Source of the DNA: a virus
Strand: one strand, 5' to 3'
Virus record (IMG/VR): IMGVR_UViG_3300023174_000110
Span: 27,561-91,560 of that record
DNA: 64,000 nt
The notes under the pieces: model-generated
Told to the model about the DNA's origin: nothing
The model's database searches: none
The model's input: the letters and a program-made list of their open reading frames with translations, nothing else
Shown here: positions 9,967 to 19,966 of the stretch, one piece after another
Layout of the letters: each line of letters begins with the position of its first letter
How positions within the stretch are numbered: the first letter of the stretch is position 1
Made by a program: the position numbers and the translations under genes

Positions 9967-10533
9967 TTAAGAGGTTCTGTAGTATTTGAGGGTGATATAC
10001 AAGTCGGCACCAGCAACTGTTGATCCAGTAGTATTTATATTTATACTAAAGAAATCTCCGGTATTTGCTGAAATAGGACTGATTACCTCTGATGAAACAG
10101 TTTGACCGGATACGATTGTTAAATTTGCACTAGGAATGCCATTTTTACAAATTGAAAATGTTGCATTTGCTCCAATTGGTGCTGTTCCTACTCTTGCCAA
10201 AAAAGAAGTTGCCACAATAGGAGCAGACGGATAAAATCTATTTAAATTATCCACAAAAGGAGTTAGTCCTCCTAATTTTGTATATTGTCTTTCCAATAAG
10301 GTTGCACCAGTAATTGTTTGTGCTGGAGATCCTGTAGAATTATTAGCAGGAAAAAATATTGATGAAGCAAATAATGTTTGTGTTACCACATTAGATGTTA
10401 TAATATTTCCTGTATAGGTGTTTCCTTGAACAACTAAATTTTGGCCAATAGAAACACCACCACCGGATGCCACAAGCTGACTGTCACCTACAATCAACCC
10501 ATCAGTTTCTAATACTATTTTATTAATAGACAT
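9967..10533 (-). CDS. Short fibre-like protein with C-terminal beta-sandwich
   Basis: N-terminal GVSIGQNLVVQGN beta-repeat; C-terminal APIGA...GD...GADL domain. Confidence 0.55.
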   Translation of the reverse strand: MSINKIVLETDGLIVGDSQLVASGGGVSIGQNLVVQGNTYTGNIITSNVVTQTLFASSIFFPANNSTGSPAQTITGATLLERQYTKLGGLTPFVDNLNRFYPSAPIVATSFLARVGTAPIGANATFSICKNGIPSANLTIVSGQTVSSEVISPISANTGDFFSININTTGSTVAGADLYITLKYYRTS

Positions 10534-10545
10534 ATTATTTTTTTA

Positions 10546-13500
10546 TTATGCCTGAGCTTCTGTCCAGTTTAAACGAGCTTGACAGTTTGCTGAAGCGGTA
10601 CCAATATTGGTTGCCAAAATTGTAACAACGTCAGGACCATCTGGATAAATTCCTTGTCCTGGTGTATTAGATAAACCACCACCAATAATAGAGTTGCCCA
10701 TTTCACGAAGGAAACCTAATTCGGATGATTGTACGGAAAAATTACCAGAACCAGCAGAATTAACTGCATAGAAACCGTAAATATTTTCACCGCCAGTTAC
10801 CGATACGTTACCAGTATGATCAGCAATTTGAGCCAAACTTGATGTTCCTGTTGCTAAACGACCAAAGGTTCCTAAACTACCACCTTGTGATACTACAGTA
10901 CCGTTTAATACTAAGTTAACTAAAAATGAACCATTAACTAGAACACCAAGTGATTTTAATTGTAATTGCATACGGTTAACAATCTCTTTTTGACCAAGAA
11001 ATCCTGTAATACCATTATCGACAGAAGGAGCAATACGAATGCTTAATAAAGCGGCCGTAGCACCAGGAGCAACAGTAGTTTGAGTGAGTTCACCATAAGT
11101 AAATTGTAAATTTTTATCATCATCAAATCTACCGTCCATCATTACAGAAGTTCCCCAATGGCTTAATGTTGGACCATAAGATGGATTATGTAAATATACT
11201 GCAATAGGACCTGTAGCACTATATGGATGATTTGTTGCTGCTACACCCATTTGATTAAAGTTTAATGTTTGTCCTGTAGCAGTTCCGGTGGCAGCTTGCG
11301 TCAATTGAATTGTGCTTGTGGCTCCAGGAATAATATTGAAAACGGATGTATTGTTTGGAATATTAGGACCATATACATACATTCCATTTTGTATTCCTGT
11401 TACAGAACTTGTTGTGGTAACATTAATTGAATTTGCAGTAGTTGAAATATTTGCAATAGTAGTTGTGGATCTACCTCTTGTTAAACCCGTAAATACTGTG
11501 TTAGATGAAATGCCTGTGTAATTAACATATTCATATGAACCTTGGTTTGCAATTAATAAAGTTCCTGTACTTGGAAATCCAGCAGTATTAGCTACTGTTA
11601 AAGTTGTATCCGAATTCAAACAAGTTGCGGTTAAAACAGTTCTTCTTGCACTATTATCAACTTCATAACGAGCAGGTAAATTACCAGAACGCATATAAGC
11701 TTCAAAGTTCTGATTGCTGTTGACCATTCTGTGTACGTAAATAATTTTACCTTGAGTATCACGGAATCCAAAACGAACTGTACCCGCACCATACCAAGAA
11801 TAATCAATGAAGAACATTTGCATTTTGGATAAATCTAAAACCATACCGCTTGGACCGGTTCCATCCAATTTATCAATATTGAATTGTGATTGTGGAGTTC
11901 TTATTTCGTTGGTTTTAGAAACAGTTACTCCATTACTACCTGTATAACTTGGTCCTCTGTATGGAGGAATAATTGTCATTGATGTATCACTAAGAATATC
12001 ATTAACTCTATACGATACTCCACGAATTAATACAGTATCACCAGGAACCAATTGTTTACTAAATTTGGTTGTTACACCATTAACAGGTGTTCCTGTAACT
12101 GTTGAAGAATTATTTGTTAAAGTTACATAACCAGAAAGTTGTTGAGTTGTATTTCTTCTAACTGCAAACAGTTGTTGACCATCAAATTCAAAGAAAAGAC
12201 CATTATTACTGTCAAACATTCCTAGTCGAGCAGATGCATTATACCATGATGTAACTGATACTGATGGTACACCAGAAGCTGGAGTTGCTGATGGTGTAGT
12301 AATAGCTGTGTATGTAAATACAAAAGGATTTAAAACAGCAGTAATAACAAATGTTCCGTTATAAGCGCTTTCAGTAGCACCTGAAACTTGTACAGTAACG
12401 CCTGCAGCTAATTGATGAGGAATTCTGGTTGTTACTGTGCAAGTTGTGCCTGATGAAGAAATTTCATCAATATTATAACTTGGTTTAAGAATTGTGCCAG
12501 AACTCATTTGTAAACCTTTACCTGATTGGTAACGGAAATATTTACGAGTTTGACGAATAGCGGCACCACCAGAAGCAGAACTGCCTGATGAGAATTGAAC
12601 ACCACCATCAAAAGCACGGTGTGTAAAGAGTCCGTCAGGCCTTGGATAAATTGTACCAGCAGTAGCATTCAATGAAGTGGGAGTATTATTAACAATAACT
12701 TGAAAAACTGTACTTGATGTTACGGCAGCTACTGTCCATGCTCCATTTGGAGCATTTGCAACAGCAGTCATATTAATAAAATAAACTCCATCACCAACCT
12801 GAAAACCGTGTGGATCAGTTGTTGTTGCTGTAATTACTTGACCTGATGCTGTTACAGAAGTAAAAGCAATATTTGTATTGCTATAAAAAGTTCCAGCATA
12901 AGCAACAGTTTGAGCAGAATTAAAAATTGAACCAGTTGATCCTGTAAAACTGTTTCGTGCCGTGTAAGTAAACGTATTTAATGATGTATTATTTGCTTCA
13001 ACCAAAAATGGCCCATTTCCTCCAGGGAAATAACTGTCATTAACTAAAACTGGAGTACCAATTGCTGGTGGAGCAGATGGAGAAGTATTTGCCACAACTG
13101 CAGTAGAACCATTAGTTGCTCTTAAATCTAACAAAGCTATTGGCGTCTGTGTATTTGTAAAAAATGAAGGACGATTATTTAATAAAGTCATATTTTCCCA
13201 TTTTGTTGGCTGTAAACCAAATTCAAAATCGGTATCAATTAAAGATTCTGGTGAAGAAATTCTTAGTTTACCAACAGGATCTAAAAGTGAATCTGTTGGT
13301 TCAAATGATTCAGCAACTTCATCAACAACAATTTGTATTTTATCTGTTGATGACATACTAGTAGTATTATAACTTAATACAATGCTTGTAGTTGGCGGAG
13401 CAGATACATCTGTACCTTGAGCAATAATATAATTAGTAGTGGTAAGTGTTGGATCACTAAAATTATAAATTACTTTGTTTGTTGTGACATTCGTAATCAA

Positions 13501-13596
13501 CAATAAACGTTCTTTTGGCAGAACTCTCGGTAGTACAATTGTTCTTGTTGATGGTGTGAATGTATAAGCGGTTTCTAAGATTATTCGTCTTGCCAT
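10546..13596 (-). CDS. Large virion structural protein (cyanophage-like)
   Basis: LIDTDFEFGLQPTKWE, RQTRKYFRYQSGKG, IDYSWYGAG, YMRSGNLPARYEV motifs recalled from T4-like cyanophage structural proteins. Confidence 0.7.
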   Translation of the reverse strand: MARRIILETAYTFTPSTRTIVLPRVLPKERLLLITNVTTNKVIYNFSDPTLTTTNYIIAQGTDVSAPPTTSIVLSYNTTSMSSTDKIQIVVDEVAESFEPTDSLLDPVGKLRISSPESLIDTDFEFGLQPTKWENMTLLNNRPSFFTNTQTPIALLDLRATNGSTAVVANTSPSAPPAIGTPVLVNDSYFPGGNGPFLVEANNTSLNTFTYTARNSFTGSTGSIFNSAQTVAYAGTFYSNTNIAFTSVTASGQVITATTTDPHGFQVGDGVYFINMTAVANAPNGAWTVAAVTSSTVFQVIVNNTPTSLNATAGTIYPRPDGLFTHRAFDGGVQFSSGSSASGGAAIRQTRKYFRYQSGKGLQMSSGTILKPSYNIDEISSSGTTCTVTTRIPHQLAAGVTVQVSGATESAYNGTFVITAVLNPFVFTYTAITTPSATPASGVPSVSVTSWYNASARLGMFDSNNGLFFEFDGQQLFAVRRNTTQQLSGYVTLTNNSSTVTGTPVNGVTTKFSKQLVPGDTVLIRGVSYRVNDILSDTSMTIIPPYRGPSYTGSNGVTVSKTNEIRTPQSQFNIDKLDGTGPSGMVLDLSKMQMFFIDYSWYGAGTVRFGFRDTQGKIIYVHRMVNSNQNFEAYMRSGNLPARYEVDNSARRTVLTATCLNSDTTLTVANTAGFPSTGTLLIANQGSYEYVNYTGISSNTVFTGLTRGRSTTTIANISTTANSINVTTTSSVTGIQNGMYVYGPNIPNNTSVFNIIPGATSTIQLTQAATGTATGQTLNFNQMGVAATNHPYSATGPIAVYLHNPSYGPTLSHWGTSVMMDGRFDDDKNLQFTYGELTQTTVAPGATAALLSIRIAPSVDNGITGFLGQKEIVNRMQLQLKSLGVLVNGSFLVNLVLNGTVVSQGGSLGTFGRLATGTSSLAQIADHTGNVSVTGGENIYGFYAVNSAGSGNFSVQSSELGFLREMGNSIIGGGLSNTPGQGIYPDGPDVVTILATNIGTASANCQARLNWTEAQA

Positions 13597-13608
13597 TTTA
13601 ATTTTCCT

Positions 13609-14967
13609 TTAAGGTCCTAGCATTATATTTAGTGGTGTAAATGGTGTTGTTATATATGTATAATCTTTTGGTATTACTTGGTTCGATGTATAAGTACCAA
13701 AAAATCCTAAACTTGGCGCTGGCGCCGAAGCAAATATAATTTGATTATTTGAGAAAATATAACCTCTATCAAATAAAGAAATTTCCGTCAAATTAACCAA
13801 ATCATCAATTCTGGTTGCTGGGTTTATTTTTATATTTCCTATTGATATATTTAGTTGAACTGGATTAGTAGGAATAACCGCTTGGCCGCCAGAATGTGTT
13901 AAATCAAAATTGGTTGTTTTGCCATCAAACTTTTGTGAAATATCATCTAATACATAGGTAACAAAGGTTGTGGCCACATTGAAGGTTGAACCATCAGGAA
14001 AGTTAAGTCCATTATTACCTGTAATATAAATTTGACTTACATAGAGGTTACCTTTAATTCCGGCACCGCCTCTAACTTGCAAAGAACCTGTGGTGTTTGA
14101 CACAGCATCTTCTGTATTCAGAAGAATTAACTGTTGAGTGATTGAACCTCCGTCAAAATTACTTCCACCACCGCCACCACCTGAACCACCACCAAAAGTA
14201 TTTGCTTTATCAAAAGCAGCTTGAGCTAAAACAAGTGAATTATTTGCTCTTAAAAACGCACTATTGGTATAAGAAAAAGAATTTGCTACAGAAGCATTTT
14301 GAGAATCATTAATACCTTGTACATAAATTTGTGTGGTTGTTAAACCTGCTTGTACTGTGTTGGCCAAAGAATAAGCAAATTGTGAATATGTGCTTACTTG
14401 GCTAATTTGTACCGCATTTGTATTTGTTGAACCAAATGCCGATTGGGCATATTGATTAACAGCTGTTATTAAAGCATTTTGTGAATCTTGTTGGCCTTGT
14501 AATACAACAGTATTCGAATTGGCAGTATTTAATGCACCTTGTAAATATACGGTATTTGCTGAAGCTGTATTAGCTTGTTGAAAAGCACTTTGAGCAAAAG
14601 AACTTACAGAATTAATAAAAGCATTTTGACCACTATTAACACCTTGAATAACGGTAATTGCAGCATTTTGTGTATCTTGTTGGCCTTGTAATACAACAGT
14701 ATTTGCGGCCGCTGTATTGGCTGCCAAAAATGCCGCATTGGCATTGGTTCTGGCTAATTGATCAACGGAATTAAGTGAGCCTTGAGAGAGCCATTGTCTA
14801 TTACCTGGTGCAGTTGCGCTATAAATTAAAACTTCACCAGTATTGCCAACACCTAAATTTGGTTCCGCAGAACTTAAATCCAGATATTCATATCTATCTG
14901 ATGTTACACTGGACGAATTACTTACCGGAACTCGCCCACTAATTAATCTTGAATCTTTATTAGGCAT
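13609..14967 (-). CDS. Fibre-like protein with Ala/Asn coiled-coil stalk
   Basis: AEPNLG N-motif, AQ(S/A)AF..AN repeats, LDDIS..FDG..T.F.L domain. Confidence 0.6.
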   Translation of the reverse strand: MPNKDSRLISGRVPVSNSSSVTSDRYEYLDLSSAEPNLGVGNTGEVLIYSATAPGNRQWLSQGSLNSVDQLARTNANAAFLAANTAAANTVVLQGQQDTQNAAITVIQGVNSGQNAFINSVSSFAQSAFQQANTASANTVYLQGALNTANSNTVVLQGQQDSQNALITAVNQYAQSAFGSTNTNAVQISQVSTYSQFAYSLANTVQAGLTTTQIYVQGINDSQNASVANSFSYTNSAFLRANNSLVLAQAAFDKANTFGGGSGGGGGGSNFDGGSITQQLILLNTEDAVSNTTGSLQVRGGAGIKGNLYVSQIYITGNNGLNFPDGSTFNVATTFVTYVLDDISQKFDGKTTNFDLTHSGGQAVIPTNPVQLNISIGNIKINPATRIDDLVNLTEISLFDRGYIFSNNQIIFASAPAPSLGFFGTYTSNQVIPKDYTYITTPFTPLNIMLGP

Positions 14968-14975
14968 TTGTTATT

Positions 14976-15314
14976 TTATTGATTAGCAGTTTCTAAGTAA
15001 GACAATAACAATTGTCCTCTATTATTGGCATCAGCAATTGCAGTAAATGAATCTCCTGTTTGTAGAATTAATTTACCTGTTAATAAAGTGGCGGCATCTC
15101 TAATAGGAATAGTGGTGTTTCTAATGATTGAAGTAACATTTGAACCTCTAACGTGATTTGCAGAAACTGTTACAGAATTGGTTGTATCTATATTTGAAAC
15201 TTGAGCCAAAAGAATAACTGTGGTTACTCCAGCTGGTGCGGTATATATTGTCTGTTGAACTGTTGTTACATTCGCTGTAGTTGTTTTAAATGTGTTTAAT
15301 GCTATTGTAGCCAT
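14976..15314 (-). CDS. Small beta-sandwich virion protein (similar to 18960..19289)
   Basis: TIYTAPAGVTTVI...VSN...KLILQTGD pattern. Confidence 0.65.
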   Translation of the reverse strand: MATIALNTFKTTTANVTTVQQTIYTAPAGVTTVILLAQVSNIDTTNSVTVSANHVRGSNVTSIIRNTTIPIRDAATLLTGKLILQTGDSFTAIADANNRGQLLLSYLETANQ

Positions 15315-15317
15315 TTT

Positions 15318-17096
15318 TTAAGTCTCCAGAGCAAGAATATATGGCGTCATTTCTGCAAAAAGACTTTTTGAGAAAGTTCTACCTGTAATGGTTGATGTTG
15401 ATTGGTTAATTACTAATTCCGATACCTTAAAGTTTCCGTCTTGATCGGTAGATGTAGCAAACACTGCACCTTCACCAATTGTAATAATTTGTGATTCCAC
15501 ATTTGGTACCCCACCTGATTTTGGCAAAGAATTTATACTAGTACCAGCACCAACAAATTCAAATGTTTGGCCAGAAGCTCTTAATTGACTTTGTTGAAAA
15601 AATGAAACTGTTGTTCCACTTGGCCAACTAACAGGTAATGAAGTTTGAAATGTTACTCGTGTATTTCCTGCAGACAATGGAGTTGCCTCAGCAACTGAAT
15701 AATAATTGTCTACATTATCTCCAGTAATTTTCATTACTAAACCAGAATACGGTACGCTGGCGGTAATACCTAAATCGGTATTTGAACTAATTGTATTTAG
15801 GAAAATAGAGGTACAGGCCTCTGCCGATGTATTAGCAAAACGGGCTGTCATTGCTAAAGAACCTTTACCATTAGCCACTAGACCTTTGTTACCAAAGTTA
15901 ACGTTACAGTTACCCATTGAAGCAGTACCACCATTATCAGCTAAAAAAGCAGTGTCACAGAAAATGCCGTAAATAGAAACCAACTGAGAATATCCGTCAT
16001 TGGTAATATGAATGCCTCGACCATTAGAATTTACTTGTGTAAATTGTGCAGAAATAATACTCTTATTTCCTGTTGATAAAGCTCCATCAACTTTAATGCC
16101 GGTACCATTTGAAGTAATAGAAGAACAATTATAAATGTAAGGACTACCTGTAATATTGGTTGAATATCTTGTTGTGTTGGCAGCAGGTGTCGTTCTTAAA
16201 GGAATACCAATCGTATAGGTGGATGTATTGGTTGGAAAAGGATTCCAATTTACATCCATTGTACAAACTCTAGTTGCGGCATTATAAGATGCCACATTTG
16301 AAAATTGTCCAGCACCAATACCGCCAGTAATAGTAATTCTCATACTATTATAATAATTATCGTAAGGCAAACCTGATCGTAGAGTGAACGTGTTTTGTGT
16401 TGCAGCTACCGTAGTATTGGCATCAATGACTAAATCTGGAAAAGCAATTGCAGATTTGGAATAATTTATAAATTTAAAACCGGTCACATAAGAATTGTTA
16501 TTTACCCAAATAATATCTTTAGTTGGATCAGAAGGCTGAATAATACAAGCTCTTTCACCAGCACCTACTAATTGTACGTTTTGTGGAAGAATTAAAGGAT
16601 TAAGTTCTGTGTAAGTACCACCAAATACTTGAACGATATCAGTTGGTTGAGCTAAAGCTAATGCAGCACGAATGGTCGCTTTGGCGCCAGATGGTGTCGT
16701 TCCATCAAAAGTATCTGAACCGTTTGTTGAAACATAGTATGTTTTACCTACAGCTCTTGTTGAAAGGTCAATAATGCGACCTGTTGTGAGCTGCATATAC
16801 AATTTACCATCGACTAAATTACCAAACAATTCACCTGGTAATAAGGTATTGGCTGGCGGAACATAACCTGCGGTATTACTTACTGTAATTCTATTATTGG
16901 TGGGAGTTGTATTCGCTTTGTTAAAAGCAGCTTGAGCAAACGCTGCGGTTGCCATTGGAGTACCACCAGGAGTGACGGCATCGTGAACAACAATAACTTT
17001 CTTGTCCGTGTCTACTGTAACCTCGGCAAACGCACCGGTGAAGGTAGAGTGCTGGGCGGTGTTACCTTTTCTGAATTGTAATTGTGTAGCTGGCAT
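15318..17096 (-). CDS. Tailspike-like protein: Mtd N-terminal-like domain plus beta-helix (pectin-lyase-like) region
   Basis: QLQFRKGNTAQHSTFTGAFAEVTVDTDK resembles Mtd_N; YYVSTNGSD...TIRAAL...GTYTE is a typical beta-helix cap. Confidence 0.7.
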   Translation of the reverse strand: MPATQLQFRKGNTAQHSTFTGAFAEVTVDTDKKVIVVHDAVTPGGTPMATAAFAQAAFNKANTTPTNNRITVSNTAGYVPPANTLLPGELFGNLVDGKLYMQLTTGRIIDLSTRAVGKTYYVSTNGSDTFDGTTPSGAKATIRAALALAQPTDIVQVFGGTYTELNPLILPQNVQLVGAGERACIIQPSDPTKDIIWVNNNSYVTGFKFINYSKSAIAFPDLVIDANTTVAATQNTFTLRSGLPYDNYYNSMRITITGGIGAGQFSNVASYNAATRVCTMDVNWNPFPTNTSTYTIGIPLRTTPAANTTRYSTNITGSPYIYNCSSITSNGTGIKVDGALSTGNKSIISAQFTQVNSNGRGIHITNDGYSQLVSIYGIFCDTAFLADNGGTASMGNCNVNFGNKGLVANGKGSLAMTARFANTSAEACTSIFLNTISSNTDLGITASVPYSGLVMKITGDNVDNYYSVAEATPLSAGNTRVTFQTSLPVSWPSGTTVSFFQQSQLRASGQTFEFVGAGTSINSLPKSGGVPNVESQIITIGEGAVFATSTDQDGNFKVSELVINQSTSTITGRTFSKSLFAEMTPYILALET

Positions 17097-17121
17097 GGAA
17101 TATCTCTATTAAGTTATCTTA

Positions 17122-17129
17122 TATTTATA
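17122..17129 (-). promoter_or_regulatory. T4-type late promoter TATAAATA
   Basis: Exact consensus, intergenic, upstream of the start at 17096. Confidence 0.8.
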
Positions 17130-17142
17130 TTATTATTTCCGA

Positions 17143-18939
17143 TTAGGTCAACGTACCCATATCAAGAAGTACACTCGGATTTTCCCAAACAAAACCTAAA
17201 TCAACATATGGAAAACCGGTACTAGTACCACCACCAGTACCATTTATAGCAGTCAAAGTAGTCCATTGTAATCTTCCGTAACCATCAGTTATTAAGGACT
17301 GACCAGTAACACCATCATAATTTGGTAAAGTATATACTACATTACCGCTGGTGTTGGCAATTCTTACAGCACCGTTGGCTTGTAGTGTACCAGCAAAAAT
17401 TGTGTTGCCCGTGACCAAACCACCGGTGAATGTGCCACTTCCGCCTCCACCTTGAATGGTGTTAGCGTAATTGAAAGCCGCTTGAGCCAATGTTGTAGCA
17501 ATGTTTGCTTGACCATAAGCTAAAGTGATATTGGTATTTTGAGTATCATTAACACCTTGAGTATAGATCGTATTGGCTTGCGCTGAATTGGCAGTTGCCA
17601 AAGCAGCATTTGCATTGGCTCTAGCAATAAGGTCTATTGAATCTGATATACCGGTATTGGCTCTATTAAAAGCCGCTTGAATAAATGTATTTTGACCTGA
17701 AGCAACACCTTGTAAATAGATTGTGTTTGCTGAAGCTGTATTAGCTGTATTAAAAGCTGCTTGTGAAAAAGCATTTTGACCTAAAGTGATACCAAATATT
17801 TGTACTATATTGGCATTGGCTGAAGTCATTGCTCCTTGTAACAAGGAGATATTGGTATTCTGAGTTGTATCTACACCTTGAGTATAGATGGTATTGGCTT
17901 GTGCTGAATTGGCAATTGCCAAAGCAGCATTGGCATTAGCAAAAGCCGAACCAGCAAATGTATTAACAAATCCAATATTTGTTGTGTTTGTATTACTTGC
18001 CGCATAAGCCGCATTAGCATATGTCTGACTGGCAATTCTATCATAGGTTATACCATTATTGGTAAATTCCCAAGCATTGTTTGCTTCAGACCATAATAGT
18101 TTTGTATTGGCCAATGAACCACGATTAATTTCAATGCCAGCATTTGATGTTGGTACACCAGTTACATTTGAATTCAATGTAATGATGTTATCTTCAATAT
18201 TTAAATTAACCGTGTTGGCGTAAAATGTTGTACCTGTAACGGTTAAATTTCCTGATACTACTGTATCTCCAGAAATTGTTCCACCAGAAGAATTGAATTT
18301 GGTATTTGCAGTGTTAAAAGCTGCCTGTGCTTTAGCATCAGCGGCCACAATATTGGTATTTTGTGTAACATTGGTGCCTTGAATAACAACAATATTTGCT
18401 GTTGCTAAATTTGCAGTATCTCTGGCATACTGGTCAATTGAAGTAGTTACACCAGTATTTGCTTTATCAAAAGCTGCTTGAGCTTTTACATCAGCGGCTG
18501 TAATATTGGTATTTTGTGTAAGATTAACAGTTTCTATAATACTCAAACGAGTATTTTGAGTATCATCTATACCTTGAATATAAATTGTGTTTGCTGAAGC
18601 TGTATTGGCTGTAGCCAAAGCCGCATTTGCATTTGCTCTGGCAAATGGGTCAATTTGTGTATCACTAACAAGTGTATTGGCGTAATTGAAAGCTGCTTGA
18701 GCCAATGTTGTGGCAATATTTGCCTGACCATATGCAGAGGTTGCATAGGTGTTAACATTGGTTATTGTGGTGTTTTGATAATCATTTACTGAAAATAGTA
18801 AAGCAATATTGGCATTGGCACCAATAATTGAATCGTATACATTGACCGTATTTACAAGTAAATTATTAGCCGTGACTGTGTTAAAATAAAAGTCACCGGT
18901 TTGGTCTACTGCTAATGGTTGTATCTTTAAGGTGGTCAT
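17143..18939 (-). CDS. Tail fibre protein
   Basis: AQAAF..AN/QNTNI repeats; GNLTVTGT...IEDNIITLN...AGIEINRG domain; YTLP..DG..GQ.L.TDG.G.LQW. Confidence 0.7.
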   Translation of the reverse strand: MTTLKIQPLAVDQTGDFYFNTVTANNLLVNTVNVYDSIIGANANIALLFSVNDYQNTTITNVNTYATSAYGQANIATTLAQAAFNYANTLVSDTQIDPFARANANAALATANTASANTIYIQGIDDTQNTRLSIIETVNLTQNTNITAADVKAQAAFDKANTGVTTSIDQYARDTANLATANIVVIQGTNVTQNTNIVAADAKAQAAFNTANTKFNSSGGTISGDTVVSGNLTVTGTTFYANTVNLNIEDNIITLNSNVTGVPTSNAGIEINRGSLANTKLLWSEANNAWEFTNNGITYDRIASQTYANAAYAASNTNTTNIGFVNTFAGSAFANANAALAIANSAQANTIYTQGVDTTQNTNISLLQGAMTSANANIVQIFGITLGQNAFSQAAFNTANTASANTIYLQGVASGQNTFIQAAFNRANTGISDSIDLIARANANAALATANSAQANTIYTQGVNDTQNTNITLAYGQANIATTLAQAAFNYANTIQGGGGSGTFTGGLVTGNTIFAGTLQANGAVRIANTSGNVVYTLPNYDGVTGQSLITDGYGRLQWTTLTAINGTGGGTSTGFPYVDLGFVWENPSVLLDMGTLT

Positions 18940-18959
18940 GTCGGTCCTTTAATTAGTTT

Positions 18960-19289
18960 TTAACTAATTTCACTACCAAATACATTAAAACTCACCGTGT
19001 TAGTGTTAGCATTACAAGAAATAACATCAGTAGCAGCTAATGTGATACCGAGTGTTAGTGTGGTTGTTTGATACCCAGCTAATAGAGTTCTATAGCTTAC
19101 ATAGTGTTTTGCTTCTAGAGTTGCACCTGCCGGCCGAACCGCCAAATCAAAATTAGCTGGAGTTGCTGACTGATTACAAATTGCAACGGTACTAACCACC
19201 GCACTAGTAGCTCCTGGTACGGTATACAAAGTTGTAACAGTATTAATTGCTGGATTGGATTGTCCTAGTACTTTATAAACTATCCCCAT
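18960..19289 (-). CDS. Small beta-sandwich virion protein (YKVLGQ type)
   Basis: YKVLGQSNP, LYTVP, ICN, LGITL...DVI, SFNVFGSEI; AAGGA SD. Confidence 0.7.
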   Translation of the reverse strand: MGIVYKVLGQSNPAINTVTTLYTVPGATSAVVSTVAICNQSATPANFDLAVRPAGATLEAKHYVSYRTLLAGYQTTTLTLGITLAATDVISCNANTNTVSFNVFGSEIS

Positions 19290-19299
19290 ATTTTTTCCT

Positions 19300-19962
19300 T
19301 TAAGCGCCCATTAATAAAAATGGACTAAGAATATTATTTGTTGTGTAATTAATGGTATATAGTGTCGTATTGGACGTGCCTACCGTAGTTACTTCAACAA
19401 TAATATTGTTTGCTGGCGCTGAACTAGTTGTTAATAAAGAACCAACAACCGTATAATAACTTCTAGGTTGTGCAACACCACCAATTACTAAAGTTGTATA
19501 ATTAATATCTGTAGGTGTTACCGTTAAATTAAAAAATCTATTTGAACCATTACCTAAAAAAGTATTAACCGTAGAAGTTAATACTCCGCCACTTCCACCA
19601 GAAGCATTATTTGCGGCATCAAAAGCTGCTTGAGCTAATTGTTGAGTGGCTGCATCACCAAATGTAATTGTTTTGGTGATTGTATTGGTTGTAATACTAA
19701 TACCATTTGCGGCCGCTAAATTTAATGTGTCTGTAGGAGATGTAGCAAGAACTAAAGATGAATTTGCATTAACAGTTGCAAATGATGATGTATTGGAAGC
19801 ATTTGCACCAGAAGTAAATGCTACAATTGAATTGTTGGCGTTTTTATAAAATAATTTTCCATCGGCGTAATTGATCGCCAACTCACCAAATACTAGTGAT
19901 GATGGTACATTATTTGCTACACCTGAATTTCTTAACTTTACAGTCGTGTTTGCAATTGCCAT
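19300..19962 (-). CDS. Short fibre/adaptor protein
   Basis: N-terminal P..L..GELAINYADGKLFYK domain; C-terminal SPFLLMGA. Confidence 0.65.
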   Translation of the reverse strand: MAIANTTVKLRNSGVANNVPSSLVFGELAINYADGKLFYKNANNSIVAFTSGANASNTSSFATVNANSSLVLATSPTDTLNLAAANGISITTNTITKTITFGDAATQQLAQAAFDAANNASGGSGGVLTSTVNTFLGNGSNRFFNLTVTPTDINYTTLVIGGVAQPRSYYTVVGSLLTTSSAPANNIIVEVTTVGTSNTTLYTINYTTNNILSPFLLMGA

Positions 19963-19966
19963 TTAC

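Noticed and set aside
5467-17096. Diversity-generating retroelement suggested by Mtd_N-like domains and paralogue repeats
   Set aside because: No reverse transcriptase in the window; differences flanking the shared repeat are mostly synonymous, not adenine-specific.
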